A stretch of DNA of 64,000 bases from Eledone cirrhosa. Its lineage: Eukaryota. The notes beneath the pieces were generated by a model. The model was not told the origin of the DNA. It saw only the letters and a program-made list of their open reading frames with translations, and made no database searches. The position numbers and the translations under genes are program-made. Shown piece after piece: positions 55,782 to 64,000 of the stretch. Every line of letters starts with the position of its first letter. The stretch's first letter is position 1. Where the stretch lies: assembly GCA_964016885.1 (NCBI GenBank), contig CAXHJY010000154.1:1-64000 (forward strand), written 5' to 3'.

Positions 55782-57997
55782 TCATCATCATTTAGCGTCC
55801 ATCTTCCACGCTTGCATGGGTTTGGACGGGAATTTTCCCACTTGAGGTAAGATTGGTTGTCTTGCTCGTGTAGGACTGTCTGGCGAGTTTTCTACGGCTG
55901 GATGCCCTTGCTAACACCAACCACGTTTACAGTATGGACTGGGAGGTTTTTACCGTGTTACCTACACGACCACATTACAGCGTGGACTGTGTGTTATTTT
56001 TGTCGTGACACCTACACAACCTCATGTTTCGGACTGGATGTTGTGGTACCAACATAACTTTACATTGAAAGGGGTGGTGTGGATGGGGTGGGGGTAGTGG
56101 GACAGGGGTGTATTTTTGTTAGAGGTGCCTACTGACTGTAGTATGTTTCACTTTGTACTTAGGCAGGGCGGGTCTTCTGTATTACTGTGTAGCGCCAAAG
56201 ATCTCGGTCCAGTGACATTGTCTTGGAGAGGTGTAAGTGTGTGAGGTCGGAATTTATCAAGTCGTCCCAGGTTTTCTGGGTCTGCCTACTGTGTGGCTAC
56301 CATCTATTTTTATTGCCCTGCACTTTTTTATACAACTGTCGTCTTTCATGCGCATCACGTGACCATACCAACGTAGTTTTCTCTCGAGTAAACAACATCT
56401 GATCCCTCTTATTCCTAATTTCTCCCTTAGTTCGTTTATGCTTTGCCGTTCACGTATATTACTATGACACATCCAACGGAGCATGCAAGCTTCGTTCCTC
56501 TCCAGTGTGCGTGTATCCTCTGCACACAGTGCCCAAGTCTCACTGCCATGTAACATTGCTGTTCGTATGCAGGCATCGTACAGCCTGCCTTTCATTTTTA
56601 GAGAGAACCCTTTAGCGGCCAATAGTGGTATAAGCTCTCTGAATTTTTTCCATCCAGTTCTGACTCTAGCTACTGTACTTTCAGAGCACCCTTGGCAATG
56701 TGTCAAGGAAAACTGATATTGTCGGGGAGAAGTGTGTCCTTAATGATGATGGTGTACTTGCCATCACTGACGCTGATAAGACGGTAGCTTGGAAGTGTCA
56801 CTACGAAAGGTTACTAAATGAGGAGAATAAATGGGAGAAAGACAGTCTCCCCCACATCGATCCAATAGAGGGACCAGCAGTGCAAGTTGAAGGTAGTATA
56901 ATAAGTAAGGCAATCAGAGATATGAAGACGGGTATGGCGGCTGGGCCTTCAGAAATAGTTGCTGAAATGCTGAAAACATCTGGAACGGTGGGATACACTA
57001 TGGTCACCTGGATAGTAAACCAAGTCATACAGAATGGGGTCGTTCCGAAGGACTGGCGTAGCAGCAGCATCATTAACTCCTACAATGGTAAAGGAGATGC
57101 CCTAGATAGGGGTAACTATAGAGGCATTAAATTAATTGACCAGGTCATGAAGGTCACAGAAAAAGTAATAGCTCAACTAATCAGAGAGCGAATTGATCTA
57201 GATGAAATGCAGTTCGGGTTTGTGTCAGGTAAAAGTACCACAGACACTCTTTTCATTGTACGACAACTACAGGAGAAGTACCTAGCTAAAAGTAAACCCC
57301 TATACTTAGCCTTTGTTGACTTGGAGAAAGCCTTTGACAGAGTCCCCTGCTCCATTATCTGGTGGGCTCTTAGAAAACTAGGTGTTGATGAATGGCTTGT
57401 GAGAGCTATACAAGCCATGTATAAAGAAACAGTCAGCAAGGTTAGAATTAACAACGAATATAGTGAAGAGTTTAGCATAAAAGTTGGTGTTCATCAGGGC
57501 TCCGTTCTTATCCCCCTACTATTTATTATTGCCCTTCAGGCTATAACAGAGGAGTTCAAGACCGGCTGCCCATGGGAACTCCTATACGCAGATGATCTAA
57601 CGCTCATAGCTGAATCAATGGCTGAACTAGAGAAGAAATTCCAAACATGGAAGCATGGCCTAGAATCAAAAGGCCTTAAAATTAACCTGTCTAAGACTAA
57701 AGTTCTAGTTTGTAGGAAGGAAAATAGGGCACTGGTCCCATCTGGGAAATGGCCATGCTCAGTGTGTAGGAAAGGAGTAGGCAGAAACTCCATTTTATGT
57801 TCCAAATGCAAAGTATGGGTGCATAAAATATGTAGTGGGATCACAGGTAAGCTAAGAATATAGATTTTATATGTGGCCGGTGCACAGGTGCAATAAGTAG
57901 CAGCAAGTGCCCACAGAATACTAGCTCATTCCATTGCACAGATGGTTCTATAGAAATAATGGACACCTTCCGTTACCTGGGTGACAAAATCAGCAGT
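55778..57997 (-). mobile_element. RTE family A copy with a 1.3-kb 5' inversion
   Basis: 3' part on the minus strand (55778-56691) and upstream RT part on the plus strand (56692-57997; ORF 56700-57863). Confidence 0.9.
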
Positions 57998-60900
57998 CAT
58001 CATCATCATCATCATCATCATTTTACGTCCGCTTTTCCCTGCTTGCAAGGGTGGGACGGGTCTTATTCAGCACAGCATCTCTCCACTCGTCACGGTCCCT
58101 CGTCATCTCCACCGTGAGCTTCAATGATCTGAGGTCTGTTCTCACCACCTCCGCCCATGTTTTTCGTGGTCTACCTCTACCACGTCTTCCTTCAACTGGC
58201 ATTTCCTGGCACTTCTTCACCCATCGGTCATCCTCCATGCGCATCACATGTCCATACCACCTCAGTCTCCTCTCCCGTACACTACATTCTATCCCTCTCA
58301 GACACAGTTTCTCTCTCAACACATTTATGCTGGGTCGTTCACGCACATTTACACTGCACATCCAATGGAGCATGCTTGCCTCATTTCTCTCCAGCCGTCG
58401 CATATCTTCTGCGGTAGCTGCCCATGTCTCACTACCATGCAGCATCGCGCTCCTCACACAGGCATCATACAACCGGCCTTTCGTACGCAGGGAGAAACCC
58501 TTCTTCGTCAACAGAGGAAGCAGCTCCCTAAACTTCTTCCAACCCGTCCTTATTCTAGATACTATGGCCTCGGAACACCCTCCTCCCATGCTAATCTGAT
58601 CGCCTAGGTACCGGAAGCTATCCACCACTTCTATAGCGCCCTCTCGCATTTGAAAAATGTGTCTCAGTGCGACTTCTACTGTCTAATTTCCCTGTACATC
58701 TACTGCATACATATTTCTCCCTACCTGTTAGTTTGCCTGCTATCCTGCTACATCTCTTGTGTACCCAGGACCTACATTGTGTGCATTTTATAGAATTTAT
58801 GCCAGTTCCTTTTCTGCATATCGAACATGGCCATTTCCCTGACGGAATTAGGGTTTTGTCCTCTTTTCTACTCATCAACACTTTTGTCTTAGCTAGATTT
58901 ACTCTCAGTCCTCTTGCTTCCAACTGCTGTTTCCATAGCCGGAATTTATTCTCTAGCTCCTCTACTGATTCTGCCATAAGAGCCAGATCGTCAGCATAGA
59001 GAAGTTCCCATGGACAGCCAGTCTTAAACTCCTCTGTTATGGCTTGGAGGACTATAATGAACAAGAGCGGGCTGAGGACCGAACCCTGATGTACTCCTAC
59101 TTGTATCTGGAATTCCTCACTAAACTCCATTCCTACCCTGACTTTACTGAGAGTACCTCTGTACAAAGTTTGCACTGTCCTTACAAGCCATTCCTCAACA
59201 CCCAGCTTCCTTAGGGACCACCAGATGACAGATCGGGGTACCCTATCAAAGGCCTTCTCTAGGTCAACAAAGGCTAAGTATAGTGGCTTATTCTTCTCTA
59301 AGAACCTCTCTTGCATTTGTCTCACCAAGAAGAGGGCATCTGTTGTACTCTTCCCAGGCACAAAACCAAACTGCATCTCATCTAGTTTGACCCTTTCTCT
59401 AATTAGTTGTGCTAAAATCCTTTCTGCCACTTTCATAACCTGATCTATCAGTTTTATACCCCTATAATTGCTCCTCTCCAAAGCATCCCCTTTACCTTTG
59501 TAGCAATTTATGAGAATACTGCTGCACCAGTCTTTGGGTATGACACCACCATATATAGCCTGATTGATTATGCGTGCAACCAGTTTAGTGCCTACGTCCC
59601 CTGATGCCTTCAGCATCTCAGCAACTATTCCCGATGGTCCGGCCGCCTTACCATTTTTCATTTCCCTAATCGCCTCTTGGACCCTATATTCGTCAATCTC
59701 AATAGCTGGTCCCTCTGTCGGATCTACCAAGGGTAATTTCTTTCTCTCCCATTCGTTCTCCACATTCATCAGTCTCTCATAATGACATTTCCAGGCCTCC
59801 TTTTTCTGGTCATTCGTGACACTAAGTACACCGGCATCATCCCGGACACATTTATCACCAACAACATCCTGATTTGCATTGACACACTGCCTTGCAATGT
59901 GGAACACCGCACGCCTCTGATCTTCCCGTCGCAGAACATTGGCAAACCTCCTACTCTCTGCCTCCCTGCGTGCTAAGTACACCTGACGTCTAGCTTCTCT
60001 CTTAGTGGCTGTATATTCTTCCCTACTCCCACCCTTATTCCAAGCCTTCCATGCTAGTCTTTTGTCTCTAATAGCCTTATCTACACTGCTGTTCCACCAC
60101 CAGGTCACTCTCTGTCTGGTTGGAGCTCTGCTCCAACCACAGGTTTCATCAGTAGCCTTCAGCAAGTTGTCACGTAAGAACTTCCAGTTATTATCTATGT
60201 CATACGTCTCTAAATCGTCTTCTTTTTCGTCATATACATCTTGAAGGGCTTTCCTAAATTTGAATTTTAGTGAAAGGTCTTTTAGCTTCCAGACCTTTCT
60301 TCTCCACACCTTCCTATATGTCTCATTCCATCTCTTGCTTACTGAGATATCACTAACAACTAACCTATGCTGTGGGGTACATTCTTCCCCAGGGTATGCC
60401 TTGGTATTAGACACTATCTGCCTGTCCCGCTGCCTAACTAGCAGGAAGTCAATCTGGCTTATGTGCTCACCAGATTTGTAGGTTATTAGGTGATTGGCAG
60501 GTTTCTGGAAGTTTGTGTTGCAAATAGTCAATGTACTTGCATCACAAAATTCAAGAAGTCTCACTCCTTCTTCATTTCTTGAACCGTAACCGTGCCCACC
60601 ATGTACCCCAGTGTAACCATCCTGGAGCTGTCCAACATGACCATTGAAGTCTCCTGCTAGCATAACGATGTCTCCGTCCTCTGTCATTGTGGTTGTTTGC
60701 AAAAGTTGCTCATAAAAGCAGTCTTTCTCATCTTTGCCTAGGCCTGCTTGGGGAGCATAGACCGAGATGATTGTCAGTAGTCTCCTACCTACAACTAATC
60801 TAAGCTTAATTATTCGATTACTAACTCGAACTACCTCTATTTTATTGATCCATTTCTCAGCCAGGAAAATGCCTACTCCCCCTAACCCATCATCCTTACC

Positions 60901-61275
60901 TACCCAGAATAGCTTATAGCTAAGACGCTTGCCTACGACTAGTCTCGCAGAGGCACCTCTCCATCTCACCTCTTGCACGCAGCACACATCCACCTGCCTT
61001 CTCTCCAGCATCTCCGCTATTTCAGCAGATCTACCTCTGAGAGTGCCAACATTAAGTGTTGCAACTCTGAGATGCGACGTCTTCATATTTTTCTATGCTG
61101 TTTTGTTGCTGTGCTGATAAGCTTTTTGGCATTGATACACTGGTTGGATGCCCTTCCTAACACCAGCGCCACTTTACAGCATGGACTGGGTGCTTTTATT
61201 TGTGCCACCAGCACTAGAGAGGATGTCTTACTAGACTCAAGGGCCCTCTCTACCCCTCCATTTTACAGCATGGTC
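57998..61275 (-). mobile_element. Near-full-length RTE LINE family B (APE-RT), one frameshift near 58640
   Basis: 822-aa ORF from ATG at 61086 (TLNVGTL, VQEVRW, SVYAPQ, GDFNGHVG, QHRLV, YADD) plus a 208-aa C-terminal frame ending at the (GAT)n tail. Confidence 0.95.
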
Positions 61276-61311
<36 letters not shown>

Positions 61312-61563
61312 TATTGACACGACTCACACTAATACTCATGCATACAAACCACAACCACACATACCAACACTCATTCATGCATACAATCACGCACACCACT
61401 CACAAACACATATATATATACATATATTACCGACAGTACTGATACAAAATCAAAATCAAAGTCGTCAAAATCACTATCATGTCAACTGTTGACCTTTCCC
61501 AGTCCAGTTCGGCTTGTATATAATAACAATAACAATAATAATAATTGTGTATATATATATATA

Positions 61564-61765
61564 TAATAAACAACACAATATAATTATTCCATTACCAAAG
61601 GTTTCATGAAACTAGACGATCTTAACAGAAACATGCAGTACGCTCATCAGATGAAATATTTATCTGTAACTATTTCATCTGATGAGCTTACTGCACGTTT
61701 CTGTTAAGATCATCTAGTTTCATGAAACCTTTGGTAATGGAATAATTATATTGTGTTGTTTATTA
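61564..61765. repeat. Inverted repeat with arms of about 95 bp, each containing a hammerhead-like core
   Basis: Plus arm: tatttcat-CTGATGA-(38 nt, weakly paired)-GAAACC-ttt-GGTA-atggaata at 61671-61744; mirrored on the minus strand with a few substitutions. Confidence 0.8.
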
Positions 61766-61837
61766 CATAATTAAATAGCTCTGTACTATATATAGAGCAC
61801 ACTTCTTTCCTTTACATTTTCTACAGAAGTACATAAC

Positions 61838-62280
<443 letters not shown>

Positions 62281-62581
62281 AGAAAGTAAGTCCAAAGAAT
62301 CATTAGATAAAATATATACAGTATTTAACATCCCAATCAGTATAAATCAACCACACAAAAAATCATTTAAACGAGGCTATAAGTTTAAAATGTACTTATG
62401 AAGAAACAATAGATAAATGATATAGCTCCTTATCCGCGACTTATAGCTACAAAAAATTTACCTAATATTTCTATTAGCCTGTAGAAATTGACTAGACATA
62501 TAGTTAACTACACATAATTAGGTACAAAATTAAAGTTAGAAGAAAAAATGTACATAAACTTTACCAAAATCTTATTAATAT

Positions 62582-62662
62582 CTCTACCACCCAGCAGTTT
62601 CGTTCACTTTTTGGATATATCCGATCTTGGATAAATCAATGAGGTTTGGAACTCATCAGGAG
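62582..62662 (-). ncRNA. Type I hammerhead ribozyme with extended stem II
   Basis: Minus strand: ctc-CTGATGA-gttc...gaac-GAAAC-tgc(tgg)gtg-GTA-gag; stem III of about 5 bp with G-U pairs; stem II carries an insert of about 40 nt with internal hairpins. Confidence 0.7.
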
Positions 62663-64000
62663 TTAACTCAATTTGACAAAGATTTTTCTATCATGATCCC
62701 CGCCAGAAATGAATTCAAAATGGCTAAGAATCATCACGTGGCCAGTGGTCAAGGCAGAAAGTTTGTGATTGGTGCCTGTCGGCGAGTAGGCTGGTTGCTA
62801 GAAAGCGCAACCGAATACTGCCTACCATTTTTACTGACAAGGAATTGGTCAACTTGAAGCTATAGTAGAAAACACTTTCCCAAGGTGCACACAGTGGGAC
62901 TGATGTGTTCACCTAAGTAGGTAACAGAAGAAATATCACAAGGCATCTTATCTGATGTTTTTATCATTTAGCCATTTTTTGACCTCAGATTGGTTCTTCA
63001 GTTATTGACTCTGGAAGAATGAAAGGCAACATTCAACATGGCAGGATCTGAACTGAGGAAGCAAGGACTTGAACAAATACTGCAATCTTTCTACTAATTT
63101 GTTGAATTTATGAATAAGTAAAAAATTACTTTCAGGTTTAATTTAGAATAAGATTGATAGCAGAACCAGACTACTTTCTAATTCTGTAGTTTTATAAATG
63201 TCATAAATACAATATTAGTTATTCTTATCAGCTTCAACTTGGCTTATGAAAAAATGCTGCCTTAAACTTCTCAATTGATAAGCAAAGAAGAAAACTGAAA
63301 AGTTTCCAAAGAGGTCAAAATAGAAGGTGTGTTCTATTTTAGGGATGAATGTTAGTAAGTTTTAATTGGATATTTATTTTGTTTGATGGCCGCTAGCTAG
63401 ATTTCTTAATATTGGATGAAAGCCAGTTGCATTGCCAACAATTGGACTTTACAAGATTAGCAAGACTTTATTTATACTGAATTATCTATCACAAAGAAAA
63501 ATAAATTTAGAACAGCAATGAAAATGTCAATAATTCTATATTTTCAATTTATACATTTTTTGAATTCTCATAGAGATAGATAAATTAGATAATTAAGTGT
63601 TCTAATTCTGGGGTGAGACCAAAAATATGTTTGTCTATAGATATTGGCTGCTTTAATGTTTTCATTAATTTGTTAAGACAGAGTTTATAAAATTCCAAAA
63701 ATATTGTTATAAAGCAGCTTTTTCCCCACGAAACTCCATGGTTTCCTGTAAAACTAAACTGTTAAACTGTCGTTTTTATATCTTTGGAATGTATTGTAAT
63801 CTATTTATTTGATTAGTAAACTTTAAATTTTATAATTTCTATTATATATTATCAATGCAATTATCTAATTTTATTAGATGAAGGCATTTGCATACATTTC
63901 TGTTTATCTATATATCATCCATTTTATGTCTATTTTTCCATGCTAGCATGAGTTGGATGAGAATTTTGGGGTTAGATTCCCATCCTGACACATGGAATAT

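Noticed and set aside
58051-60481. Multiple plus-strand ORFs opposite the RTE ORF
   Set aside because: Antisense shadow frames of LINE coding sequence.

Overview
Repeat-dense, AT-rich eukaryotic DNA. The SINE/RTE/(TA)n profile suggests a cephalopod such as Octopus, which is an inference. No host protein-coding gene is recognisable. Conventional content: many RTE-clade LINE fragments from two main families (one nearly full length, one with a 5' inversion), a CR1-like LINE, a Helitron with intact termini, an RLE-type (CRE-like) LINE fragment, tRNA-derived SINEs, piggyBac-like MITEs and three roughly 3-kb (TA)n arrays. The main unexplained structure is a set of type I hammerhead ribozyme (HHR) motifs. 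A 310-bp non-coding unit carrying a minimal HHR is tandemly repeated at 21354-26030 as two oppositely oriented arrays with 14 complete ribozymes, resembling a retrozyme. At least seven other, mutually unrelated HHR-bearing non-coding elements lie elsewhere. All of them read towards an adjacent (TA)n or (TG)n tract, and several have inverted segments typical of Penelope-like retrotransposition. Ribozyme calls come from pairing by eye and have not been computed or tested.
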